This document shows positions 23,201 through 35,027 of a DNA stretch of 64,000 bases, one piece after another; the stretch's first letter is position 1, and each line of letters begins with the position of its first letter. The notes below the pieces were generated by a model. It was given only the letters and a program-made list of their open reading frames with translations. It was not told the origin of the DNA and searched no databases. Source of the stretch: Flectonema sp. DT1601 (Eukaryota); NCBI GenBank assembly GCA_964019425.1, contig OZ025796.1:248001-312000 (forward strand). The letters are read 5' to 3'. Made by a program: the position numbers and the translations under genes.

Positions 23201-23787
23201 AGTCCAAACCCTGCTTCCCCACCAGCTAAGAATATAATGTCCCTCTCTGCTGTTTCCATTTCCGCAAGCCTTAGGATAATCAAAGGCATGTTTTCAAGCA
23301 TGGTCAACATAATTGCTATTGTGAACACAACCATAAAACAACTACAGGTTCCAAGGCAATAAGAAACCTTCCTTTTCCGAACATCTCTCCAAGTGAAGGT
23401 GAGATAGGTCTTATACTGTGTTGAATTTTTGTAATTATTGATATCTTTATTATCCTGACTACTACTACACCGAAGTGGCAACAGCCAGGGATGAGAAGTT
23501 CATCTCAACGAGTAACATTAGTACATACCCGATATATTAAATTGGTTGTCGCCGTCCGGCAATTAAATTCCGAAACAGCTTCCTTGATGCTGTCAACGCA
23601 TCCGAGTTCGGGTTCGAGATCGTCATCAGAATCACCTGATTGTTATTTATTTATGAAGCTTAGGAATCCAATTGTGAGACAATCACATAAATATCATACC
23701 TGTGAGATCGAAACGTTGCTTCAATGACATCGTTGGATACACTCTGTTTAACGTATTCACAGAGTCTTGGCTACTTACAGTTGCCAT
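20214..23787 (-). CDS. FtsX/MacB-like ABC transporter permease with two permease domains, 4 exons
   Basis: Exons 23787-23700, 23635-23529, 23415-23210, 23094-20214. GT-AG introns 23699-23636, 23528-23416 and 23209-23095 all restore frame. Two FtsX motifs: ETRTFELGVLRMVGM and EQSKEIGILRSLGL. Confidence 0.88.
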
Positions 23788-24466
23788 GTTTGTTTGTTTT
23801 TTTTTTTTTTTGTGAACGTTCCCTTGTTCACCTGTCTGTTGGGATGGAATGAAAAAAATAAAAGTAAAAATATCACTGAAAACATCATATGAGATGCGTG
23901 TACTTATTTTGGGGGAGGGACCGCCTGCCTCCAAAAAAAAAAAAAAAAAAAAAAAAAACAGCTCACAAGGTTTGTTCAACCACTTCGCGCAATAGTAAGA
24001 CGTGATGATAATAAGACTGAAAAGGTCAGTCATATCCAAAAAAATAATAAAATAAAAAGAATTCTCTCATAGAAATAGTAATCAAGAAAAGGGTTTTTTG
24101 ATTAGCTACTGTTCTCGCACATGAAAAGAAGCAACACCGTAACTTACATAAACAAAAACAGAACAAGAGGTTATTTTGATTGACATCTGACCGACTTGAC
24201 GTGTCGGTTCAGTCTTTGACAAAGTTTGTAATATTCAAAACGAAACCTGATGTGTGTGTTTTTTTTTTTTTCCTTCTTCGAAATATAAAAAATTATAAAC
24301 AAAAAAGTAATAGCATATTGCTACTGCGTGTGTAACGTCGTAATTGAGGATGAGGTACAAAAGGAGAGAAAAACTGTCTTCTAGAAGACACGTTACACGT
24401 GAAATAATAATTTTAAAAAAAAAAAAAGAAACTTTAAAAAGAAACACCAACTAGTTTACTATATTG

Positions 24467-27400
24467 CTACCCACCTGGTACCCATGGCAGTGTGTGACTA
24501 GCTCGGTTCATCAATCGACTAAGGGCTGCAGATGCCGCGCGTTTTCGTATGTCTCGAAGACTACATCGATAGACTGCTTGAAAGTCTTCTCGTCTGGGAG
24601 AGTTGTTAAACCTCGGATCAGTTTTCGACTTGGGACTACTACCACCTGAAGGTGGCAGAGGACCCAACGCTGCAGGACGAGTAGGCAGCTTTGCAAGCCT
24701 TCCACCTCGAGGAACGAACAAAGACACTAACGCCATATCTGATTGCTGTCGATTTGCCGCAATTTTCTGCTGCAAACTATTACGTTCTTTAAGAATACGT
24801 TCTTTTCGCAGACGACGTTCTCGTTGCATCATTGCCCTTGCCTTTGCTACTTGCAGCTGTGCCTTGTTATTAATATATAATTTTCTTTGAATGTGACCTT
24901 TCCAAGCAGCCTGAATTAATATAGCAGACCCATCCATCACAGTGTTAGCTCTACTTGATCGGATTCTGTAGTGTCGATAAGTATTTTGAATTACTTTAGC
25001 AGGTTCACTAACATCAATGGAATTCTCTTCTAATTCGCTCATTGGCGCTGGAGGATCACTTCCAGAAGCCAGTTTTATTCTGGTAAGGAAACCTCTTACA
25101 TTTTGTTGAATGACAGTAGCGCATTTATTATGAATTAATCTGTTTTTTTTTTTTTTTTTTTTGTTGACAGATGCTTTGGAACTGTCGCAGGCGAACCTAC
25201 TTTTACCAAGCCTTGTTCACACACCGAGGGATCGTGACTGAGGTGTGGATCGACAACATTAGGGTTACTGGCTAATGCAGGCAAGTAAACGATTCATTAA
25301 TTGATCATGTTTAACTCAATTCGTCCGTCATGGCCATGACATTTTTCTTTTTTCCTTGCACATGAGATACCAACTCACTCGAGACCAACACACTCGGGAT
25401 ACCAAGTCACATAAGATGTAAGGTTTGACTATAATAGGTGTACTGTTGCTGTTGCTGAGAAGCTTCGCAAGAGGATACTTAATACTTCGCAAGAGGATAC
25501 TTAATACTTGCTTTGATAACATCACATCTGAGAAAATCGAAAGCTTAGCAGGCCGCCTTTTACACGCTTCGGCGATTACTCGCGTACATATCGGTAAATA
25601 CTAGTTTGCGCTGAAATTCTTCCGAAGGGTCACAAACTCGCTAAACGTGGTTCAGACAGAACAAGAAGTGCCCATCCCCAGATCAGTAAGGAAGGTGCTG
25701 ACGACACGGAACATACGCGCGAGATGATTCTAAGATGACCTTTGTCGATTCATCTATGAAGGGCTGGGGTGCCGTAATCTTTGATTAACACTATGAGATG
25801 ACTAAAAATGAAGGGGGGAAAAGAAAGAAAAAAAAACACACCTTCGTCGACCCAATCCTCCCCTCATAACACATTGAATCCTAAAAGCACCAACCTGCTG
25901 TTTATCAATATGATAAGCAAGAGGTGCGATTGGTGTACGAGGATTCTTCCATAATCTGTTTTTTTTTTTTTTTTTTTAAAAATCTTATTATTTAATTTGT
26001 ATGTCTGTGAGTCGATAAAAACATTTCAAAAAAGTACTCTTGGCTCCACCTTAACACTAAGTGAAGCTTATTGAAAGATGCTTCGTAGCTGACTCGGGCG
26101 CCGTAAATTATTAAAAAAAATAGAGCAGAACAGTTGCGGCAATCACTCAAAAAAGAGAGAAAATGAGCGAATCCCACCTCGAAAAGAACGAACTCGTGAG
26201 AAACAGAAGGAACTCTTGGCTCCACCTTAACACTAAGTGAAGCTTATTGAAAGATGCTTCGTAGCTGACTCGGGCGCCGTAAATTATTAAAAAAAATAGA
26301 GCAGAACAGTTGCGGCAATCACTCAAAAAAAGAGAGAAAATGAGCGAATCCCACCTCGAAAAGAACGAACTCGTGAGAAACAGAAGGAACTCTTGGCTCC
26401 ACCTTAACACTAAGTGAAGCTTATTGAAAGATGCTTCGTAGCTGACTCGGGCGCCGTAAACAAAAAAGCTAACCGGGAACACACTCAGATTCAATCAAGT
26501 CGACTGGATACCTATGATGGAACAGAGACTTACAGGTATTTTATTATTAAAGATCAACAGGGTAAAGTTCAACATCTTAGACTTAGAGAGGTTCATATTA
26601 TGGAATTTCAGAATTGGGAGGAAAATGATTTCCTGGTTACCTTTGACAACACTACCAACTGCAGTGGTTAGTAGCTATGAAAAAGTCTCCCAGTAGGAAC
26701 ACTGTTAGAACTCGGCAATCAGGGAACTCAGAGCCGAGAGACAATAACGGGACATGTCCGGCCTAACTATGCCAGTGAGGACGTTAGAATTAATCAGAAT
26801 AAGGAAGCAAGTCATAATAGAGGGAAACTTTTAAAAATTCAGGAAAGTTTCAAAGCAAGTACCACACAGAAGGAACTCTTGGCTCCACCTTAACACTAAG
26901 TGAAGCTTATTGAAAGATGCTTCGTAGCTGACTCGGGCGCCGTAAACAAAAAGCTAATCAGTATATCACAAAACAAAAGAAACCGTCGTCCATCTTGTTT
27001 TGTGAAAGCACTCTACTCTCGACAAGGTTAACGGTCTTGTGAGAGTGAGAGAGAAGGAACTCTTGGCTCCACCTTAACACTAAGTGAAGCTTATTGAAAG
27101 ATGCTTCGTAGCTGACTCGGGCGCCGTAAATTATTAAAAAAAAGAGAGCAGGACAGTTGCGGCAATCACTCAAAAAAGAGAGAAAATGAGTGAATCTCAC
27201 CTCGAAAAGAACAAACTCGTGAGAAACAGAAGGAACTCTTGGCTCCACCTTAACACTAAGTGAAGCTTATTGAAAGATGCTTCGTAGCTGACTCGGGCGC
27301 CGTAGATTAGACTGAAAGAAGACCAGAGGAGATTAACAAGACAGAAAAAAAGAAAGCACACCTTCTACGAGCTTCTATATCGAGTTTAGAAACCATACGC

Positions 27401-30400
27401 GAATGTCGTCCCCGCTGGATAGTCTGAATACTGATTGCCGCGTGATCTCTGTTTTGTTTACTAAATAACCTCATTCTGTCTAACCAACCTGCAGCAACTT
27501 TAGAAATTAATTCGGTTGCTTGGCTTCTCTTAAGTTGATTCTCGATAGCTAATTTTCGTTCTTTACAACCACGATGAACGGCTTGAATTTTAACAACTGC
27601 ATGAGTACGTCTTTGAGACCCCAATTCCATTCGAACTAAACCCGATCGACAGATTCTCTGCAGCAGTGAACACACAGAAGTAGGTGTGTTAGTTTCTCTC
27701 GTCAGATACAAAGCTGCTCTGGACTGTCCAGCTCTACACACTCGTTGGATTACAATCGAGCTGTTTTCCTTTTCTGGATTAGTCATTCGACTTACTAAAA
27801 ACCTATCTCTGTATCCTCTTAATGCTTTTTGAATAGTGGTAATAGTTCTGACAATGTTGTTTGTTTCTCTTTGTTTTGATATTATCAATCGATTTAGGTA
27901 ACCTTTACCAATTCGCTGTAAATCTGTTGCAGGTTTTGAACAATCAACCTCCTGTTTTGATAATAATAATCGATAAGCATAACCCCTACCAATACTCTGT
28001 ATGATTGTAGCTGAAGAGATGAGACTTTTGTTTGATTGCTGATTTGAGAGTTGTAATCTCTGAAGGTATCCTTTACCTATTCGTTGTAAGACTTTGATAC
28101 GAATGGAATTATTATTTGCGATACGATGATTTGATAGAAGTAATCGATTTAAATACCCTGTACCAACACTCTGAAGGATTGCTGTGGAATTCACTATTCG
28201 GTGTCTAGATAGTGTTTTTCGATCGGAATAACCTCTACCGATATGCTGTATGTGTGATAATGGTTTTCTATAGTCAGATTTAGCAAACTGAATTCTCTTA
28301 ATCATCGCTCTTCCAATTCTTTGGAGGTTTACGACTTTATTTGATAATTCAGAAAGGTGAAGACGACTACGATACGCTCTTCCAATTCTTTGAATAGCTT
28401 TGCTAGCAGAAGCATCTTCATCACATAGAAGTATCACCAATGCCGCCGTCGCAGCCGCTCTAAGAGTTTTTCGTAAGATTTTTTCCAACCTAAATCGCCT
28501 TCTCTGAAAGTATCCACGTACTAGTGATTGTATTTTTATACAGTATGCTGCACGTCGTCGAGTCCTACATATAGATAGTGTTTTCTTTGCGCTTATTACG
28601 TCTGGGTGGGTATCGTCGAATTGTGTTAAGGCTTCTGCCAGAGCCTTTAGACACCACTTTTCAGCTACATCGAAATTTTTTAATAAAAGTTCTACGTGTG
28701 CTAAGTTTGTAGCGGCGTTTACCAGAACGTTCTCGTCTGCACCCGCGCTTCTCAATACCTCTTGAGGCATTGCTACGATTCGCTCTAGAGAGTCCTTAGC
28801 TCGACGACATGGTTCGAGAAAAAATTGTGATTTCCGATGTTTCTTCGCAGCTATCTTCGCAGAACTGTAGTCGAGACATGCTAAATTATTTAAAGCAGTC
28901 GCAGTGAGGACGTTGTTATCTCCGTACAGATCGTGATACACTCGAACTGCATCTCTGAATTCAATAGTAGCTTCCTCTAACTTCTCTAACTCCATTAGAG
29001 TGTGTCCTGTTTTGTTTTGTCTTTTTGGATTAAACCGTTCAAGTATTTTAGTTTAAAAAAACAGTAAAATCATCACAAAAGAGTTGTACTAAATATAACG
29101 GTGTTTGGAGCAGTGGGGACACGCGGGCCCTCCGGGTTGCTATTTCTTGAAAATATTTCTTAAAAAAGAAAAGATTTCTGCTAATAGTGAATTAATATTT
29201 GCAGACATTTTTTTTTATATTTGGTATGAAGCAATGGTTGGCGGTGAATTTTTGGCATTCTTTTTTTGTTTCTTCACTAGGGGATTCTTTCTTTTTTTTT
29301 TTTTTTTTTTCTTCCTGGAGTGCATCAGAAGAGGAGACAAGAACTTCCTTCAAAACAGCAGAACAGATAACAGACGGCAGACAGCTTTGCAGAACAGAAG
29401 GCAACATGTCAGACAAAGTGAACGATAAAAGAGAAGTAATAATCCATACCAACTTCTGTAGCAGCGACAGCCACTTCTTCGTCATCAGGACCCTTCCAAC
29501 TTATTACAGTTTCCTTAACAATAATTGCGTATCCCAAAGCCTTTTCAAAGTCACCAGTATACTGACTACATCTAGTGAGAGTTTGCGCCAACACAGAAAG
29601 CATTTCTGCGCAGAGAACTTTTTCAAAAACTGGTGGTGATGATGTTGTTTGGTTTATGATGATTTTATAGGCAGATTCGAGTTGAGGAACAATCGACATT
29701 GTCACCTCATCAGTCTTTATGCGAGTATACGCCATGGCAAGATAATATACTGCTCTGATGAATATCATCGAGTCTATGAACGTACCGCCATCATCAGATG
29801 GTGAATGCTTTTGTAATAACTTTTCCAGGTATGGAATACAGTCGTGGCTATCAACCTGACACGCGGCTTGCAAGAGTGTAATTTTCCAAGGGAGGGATCC
29901 TGAATGAGAAGAATCATGATACTTTACGACATCGTTTATTGCTAAGTTTATCTCTGATTCCTGACTAACACGATTCGATGCGTCTGAGCTGAAATTTGAA
30001 AATATAACTCCAGCAAGAGTCGAACCGTACATCACACCAGTTGATAAGTTACCGTCTCTGCATGATGTTATTTTCGATCGCAGGATGTCAACGTGAGGTT
30101 CATAGAAAATTCCTGATACACAACCAGAATGATCTAAGATACTGGATTCGACGACCGTATCAATTGCTGTGATTTGACCTTTTTGTAAAGTTGATCCGAG
30201 CATCTGACACATCCTCGCAGCCATTATCGATTTGGTAGAATTTATCGGAGATTCTATCCTCGACAGAATATCATCTGGTATTGAAAATAATACTCCCGTT
30301 ATTGACTTGATTACTTCCCATTCAGGTCCGGGTGATAAACAAACATGAAAGAAGTAATTTATAGTATTCAGTCTTTCATCCTCTGATAAAGAACCACCCA

Positions 30401-31331
30401 AGACACTCGACGACACATGATATATTGCATACAGAATCGAACTTGATATGATTAGTGTTTTAACTTCTGTCGATGACTCCCAAAAATTTTCATTTTTAAA
30501 AATATTTTTTATTTCATAATAACTCAATCCAGAATGGTATAAGATCTCATCAACTTCTTCCAACGTCTTCACTTCTTTTAGTTTTTCTAAAGCGTTTTCT
30601 GAAAATGAACAATTTAAAACTTCCCTTTCCGACTCTGACATTTGAATAGTTGTCGCAGGACCATAATTCATTATCTTAGGATGTACCGTACAGATCGTAT
30701 CACTAGGACTTGGCACACAATAGATTGAAGAATCACTTCCACAGTACAAACAATCCTTAAGACTCGACAAGTCAATTCCGTGTAGTGTAAGTGCATTACA
30801 CTTTTCAAGTATAAATAAACTAAAATCACTATTATCATCTAACCGATCAGTTGACTGTGATGTCGGTACAAGAGACATACATAAAAAGTGTGATCCTTGA
30901 GACGTATAAAGAGCTGCTATGGGTACCGAAACTGGTAGTCTAAATGATGTTATGAGAGACAGCTGTGTGACAATTGACGATGCCGTTCGAAGATTTGAAA
31001 ATTTTGTGATAAAAATCCCTTCGATAGTTCGACTTGTTGAGAAAGAATTGGATGACTGTTTTAAAATTTCATTGCATTTGTTTTTATAATCTTGTTGAAG
31101 TTTTCCTAGTGAAGCAGCTGCACCTTTCCTTTGAATCGCTTCATTTAGTTTTACAGTCCACCTCACCTTCGTAATATCATCTCCATTAGATTTACATTCA
31201 TTTAGATAGTTTCTTTTCCAATTTTCTTCTTCAGGAGTTGCCTTAGGATTTAAGTATGCTTTCCAATCTTCCGGTGTTGCCTTTTCTATATTACTGGCAT
31301 CGTGTTTGAATGCTGATGAATCTTCAGTCAT
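24467..31331 (-). CDS. Large Clu-like domain + TPR + multiple IQ motif protein (~1399 aa), 3 exons; host of the snoRNA-like array
   Basis: Three track ORFs join in frame: exons 31331-29450, 29006-27362, 25139-24467; introns 29449-29007 (EVG|HTLMELEK) and 27361-25140 (EARR|RLIHNKCATVIQQNVRGF). Clu-like VSVPIAALYTSQGSHFLCMSLVP, TPR-like TATALNNLACL, and many IQxxxRG repeats. Confidence 0.85.
25463..25506. repeat. 22-bp tandem duplication inside the large intron
   Basis: cttcgcaagaggatacttaata occurs twice in tandem. Confidence 0.85.
26035..26104 (-). ncRNA. Putative single-hairpin H/ACA-like (AGA-box) snoRNA, copy 1 of 6
   Basis: Minus: ACGGCGCCCGAGTCAGCTACGAAGCATCTTTCAATAAGCTTCACTTAGTGTTAAGGTGGAGCCAAGAGT. 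Lower stem GGCGCC/GGAGCC, pocket GAGTCA + GTTA, upper stem GCTA-GAAGC/GCTTC-TAGT, AGA 15 nt after the upper stem. Confidence 0.72.
26211..26280 (-). ncRNA. Putative AGA-box snoRNA, copy 2 of 6
   Basis: Core identical to copy 1; 176-nt period. Confidence 0.72.
26388..26457 (-). ncRNA. Putative AGA-box snoRNA, copy 3 of 6
   Basis: Identical core; 177-nt period from copy 2. Confidence 0.72.
26874..26943 (-). ncRNA. Putative AGA-box snoRNA, copy 4 of 6
   Basis: Identical core with different flanks. Confidence 0.72.
27058..27127 (-). ncRNA. Putative AGA-box snoRNA, copy 5 of 6
   Basis: Identical core. Confidence 0.72.
27234..27303 (-). ncRNA. Putative AGA-box snoRNA, copy 6 of 6
   Basis: Identical core, starting ~58 nt after the intron 5' splice site at 27361. 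Confidence 0.72.
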
Positions 31332-31659
31332 GTCGTACTGTTATGAAGTAGATTGTTTACAGCAACAAAATTATAATAACAGAGTTGATGACTTTCTGTA
31401 TGTACATGTTTATCATAACCTGTTACAAAGAAATATATTAATTTAAAAAATCTTGCATAACAAAATTACGCAAACCGACTACTTCGCAAGCACCCTTTTT
31501 TTTTTTGTTTGTTTGTTGCTTAGACTGGCATCGTGTGATTGGTTGGGCAATATGTTTAAATCTTTTTTATTTTATTTTGCGCTATCGTGTGTTCTTTAAT
31601 TCCTTAGTTTTTTAAAGAGCAAAAGAATGTCACCTTTTTTTTTTTTTTTGTTGGAAAGC

Positions 31660-32075
31660 TGTTTTGCAAGTAGAGGGGGGATGTATGTTCGATTTTTGTA
31701 AAAATTACAACTGTGTTTGTATCATAAAAAGCAGTAGTTTTAGATACAGTGACTAAGGATGATGCGCAACTTAGCATAATAAAGTAACTATTAGGTTTCG
31801 AGAGTAATCCATAAACCTCTTTACCTCTATTCTCTCATCATCAGTTATGGTGTAGAAGTAAGTCAGTCAAAATACCGAGACTGGGCACTCCTGCACACTG
31901 GAGTGTAGTTACTTTAAGTTCATGTTCGTTATTAAAAAAAAAGTTTTGCAACAGAGGGGATGTATGTTCGATTTTGTAAAAATTACAACTGTGTTGTATC
32001 ATAAAAACATAAAGATAATTTAACATTAGTTTTAAATACAGTGACTATGGGTGATGCGCAACTTAGCATATTAAA
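31660..32075 (-). mobile_element. Dispersed repeat family A: one ~280-bp unit plus partial tandem copy, hammerhead-like core
   Basis: gttttgcaa...ggggatgtatgttcgatttt...atacagtgacta...gatgcgcaacttagcata repeats with a ~280-bp period. The minus strand at 31850-31781 reads CCATAA CTGATGA T GAGAG...CTCTC GAAA CCTAATAGTTACTTT. Confidence 0.7.
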
Positions 32076-34996
32076 GCAACAGAGGGGGGGGAGGGTGAAA
32101 AGAAATAAATAAATGAATAAATAAATAAAAATAAAATAAAACAAAGCGCCGTTAACACTTGCAATAATAATGAAATAGTAGTTGCTGTTGCTAAATTGGC
32201 CCTTGGTACGTTCGGAAGCCTCAATGTGGTACAAGCGTTTTGCGTGACCCACTTCAAAGAGACTAAGAAAATAAAAAAAAAAAATAAAAAAAAGGAAGAG
32301 TTTATTAAGAATGAAAAAAAGAAAGAAGAAAGGGGGGGAAAAAAAAAAGGAAAAAAAACAACAATGCTCTCGTTCGTTGCGGATGTCGTTCGTTCTGCAT
32401 TGAAAAGGATAAGATACTCAACATAATATTTTTTTTTTCTGTATATTGCAACAACATTTTTTTTTTTTTTTGGCAATAAAACGAAGTGTTTCATTTCTAC
32501 TTTTTATATTCCCCGTAGTTGCCTACATTAGGAACGTATACGTGAAACCAGCCGGTACAATTTTTTTTTCATTTCCCCCCTTTTGTGGCCTACATTGTAA
32601 TTCAATTTCTTTTCCAAAGAAAAAAAAAATCGGGGAAGAATATTAATTTTTTTCGAGGCAGACTTAACGTAATAGGCCCAAGAAAAAAAAACCAAGCGTT
32701 CAACAAAAACGTTACGTTACAACACTAAAATACGGTTGTCGGTTGAGCTACGTACTGTTGGGAAAAGAGGGATGAAGTTACATGCACTGAATAACGTTTT
32801 TTTTTTTTTCAATCATCTGAGTTGATGCTAAACGTTAAAGGCAATTTTACATACCAAATAGAGAAAGGTAAGAACCGAATGAAGTGGTGCTCTTCGTTAT
32901 AAAAACACGACATAAACAAAATACACGTTACAGTATGATACAAAACACTGTTCAGCATCAAGAGCAATGCTCAAGACCCCATCAATGTACTCCCCCCCGC
33001 ACTATAATCGAGGGATCGGTTTCGTACTCACCGAACACGTTTTTTTTGTAGACACACAAGCTTTGGAAATTCATAAGGAAATCCTTTTTTTTTTTTTTTT
33101 TTTTCAAAGTAACTGAAACCCCGGGAAGTCACCACTCACATCATTTAAAAAAAAAAAAAAAAAAAAAATCAGCACCTCACTAAATAATTCTCACACTTTG
33201 TTTTTTTTGTTTGTGCGTAACCGAAAACAAGCCTACAAAGTAAAAGTGTTAACGTTACGCCGCCACGATTCTCTATTGCTAGTAAAAACATGTCTTCGAG
33301 ATGAAAAGAAAAAAAAAAAACACGTTATTATACACGCATACTCTTGAAAAGCTAAGTTTATTTATTTTTTTTTTTTTTTTAAAAGTGGCGTTATCCAGCA
33401 AAAAAAAAGTATGAAAAATATGAGACAAAAAAGAAAGGGGGAAAAAAAAATCAATTTCTGTACGTTATGAAGAATACACGCGCGTTACTAACGGCCGTAG
33501 CTAACACGTTTTTTTTTCTTTTTTTTTTTTAATTTAGATACGCGGCCGATACAAATACAATGCTCTAAATAGGTTCCCTGCAACAACACTCGCATACATC
33601 ACCAAAAAAAAAAAGAGAGAAAAAAAAAGTTTCTTCGTTGTTGATAAGAAATACAAAACACGTTTATAGTCATCACCAGTACCTCGCTTAACAAGTAGAG
33701 TAACATCATCTACGCTGCTGACAGATATTTTCGCTGGTGAATACTATGAATAAAAAAACACGCAACCAAAGACAGGAAAAAGAGAGAAAAAAAGACTACA
33801 TTTCAGATAAGCCTTATAAGAAATAACGGCTTCCAATCAATGAATAGCTTCTTCTCTGACTACGTCGGTACAAAAAAGAAAAAAAACGTCACCAAAAAGC
33901 CATCAGTAAAACATGCTTGCGGGAAGAAAATAGAAGCTTCTTCGTGGTACGCAAGAAACTCTTCCTTTCCGGTGGGTAGATAGGTAGGAATGCTTGGATC
34001 TCCCTCAACACTTGGGAATTTGTTTGTACAACAAAACAATTTAATAATTTGATGATTGTCAATCATAATAAAATTTGAAAACCCCCACTCGCAAACAGAG
34101 CCAAACACGAGCATTAGGAGGGTTTCTTTTTTTCTAATCATCCAATAGCAAACAGAAGACTGTAGCAGGTTTAGTCCTGAAACTGAATAACCGCAAAATA
34201 AATCGAAAAATACACGCCTTGAAAACGCCCAACACCAACCTATAAAAAGAAAAGAGTAAAGCAAGCAATGATCAAACTAAAAAGGTCAAGCAACAGATCG
34301 TACGTTTTTTTTTTTTGCCGAGGAAACGTTTTTATTATTATTATTTATTTACAAATGTGCGACATAGCACTGAAACTCTTGTATTTCCGACGCAATTTTT
34401 GTTCAAGAAAGGTACGACAATAAGTAACGCTTTGGCTTTCGTTCTATTCACCGTAAGTCTTTTTTTTTCTTCTTTTTTTTTAAAGTATTTCTCGCTCCAA
34501 TTTTTCCCTCTCCATTTCACGTAGAGATTTGTCACTGTGAAGAAGAAAACAGACAACAACAAAAAAATAAAATGCAAAGCAGCAAAACATCAGTATGAAC
34601 AAGAGAATTACATCTCCGGCAATTATCACAACCAAGACAGCCAAGAAAAGAGTTATGAGAAAACATGCGAAAAATAAATTTAGCCTTTTTGCTAGTAAAA
34701 AGCTACTTGCCCAAGTTACTTTCGAGGTTCACGAAAACTCTTCCGTACAGAATAAATCTACTAAGCGTGTATTGACTAACAGCTATGCAAGAAGAAGTGA
34801 TGCTGTAAAAGCTCTACTCTCGCATATTTTACTTGTATAAAGGAAAGAGGTTCATAAACCACAATTTGCTTTATTTGTTTTTTAACTCATGGGGAAGACG
34901 GAAAAAATAGTGACTTTTGCGCGAATCATTTTGGGGTAAAAATATATTAAAAATGAAATAAATCGTAAGGAAAACCAAACTAATAATGCTTTGGTT

Positions 34997-35027
<31 letters not shown>

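Noticed and set aside
26041..26105. Twister/pistol ribozyme, tRNA or tRNA-Lys primer-binding-site reading of the repeat (TAACACT, TCGGGCGCC)
   Set aside because: The remaining conserved ribozyme cores and pseudoknots are absent, there is no cloverleaf or TTC loop, and no LTR or RT nearby. The AGA-guide model explains more positions.
25992..27248. Track ORFs containing YGARVSYEASFNKLHLVLRWSQE
   Set aside because: They are translations of the nucleotide repeat inside an intron. The peptide recurs only because the DNA unit recurs.
26035..27303. CRISPR array interpretation of the repeat-spacer pattern
   Set aside because: Repeats are ~70 nt, three spacers are copies of each other, spacers are 107-415 nt, there are no cas-like genes, and the context is a eukaryotic intron.
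29105..29145. GC-rich patch in intron 29449-29007 as another snoRNA
   Set aside because: No convincing pocket, box spacing or rRNA complementarity by eye.
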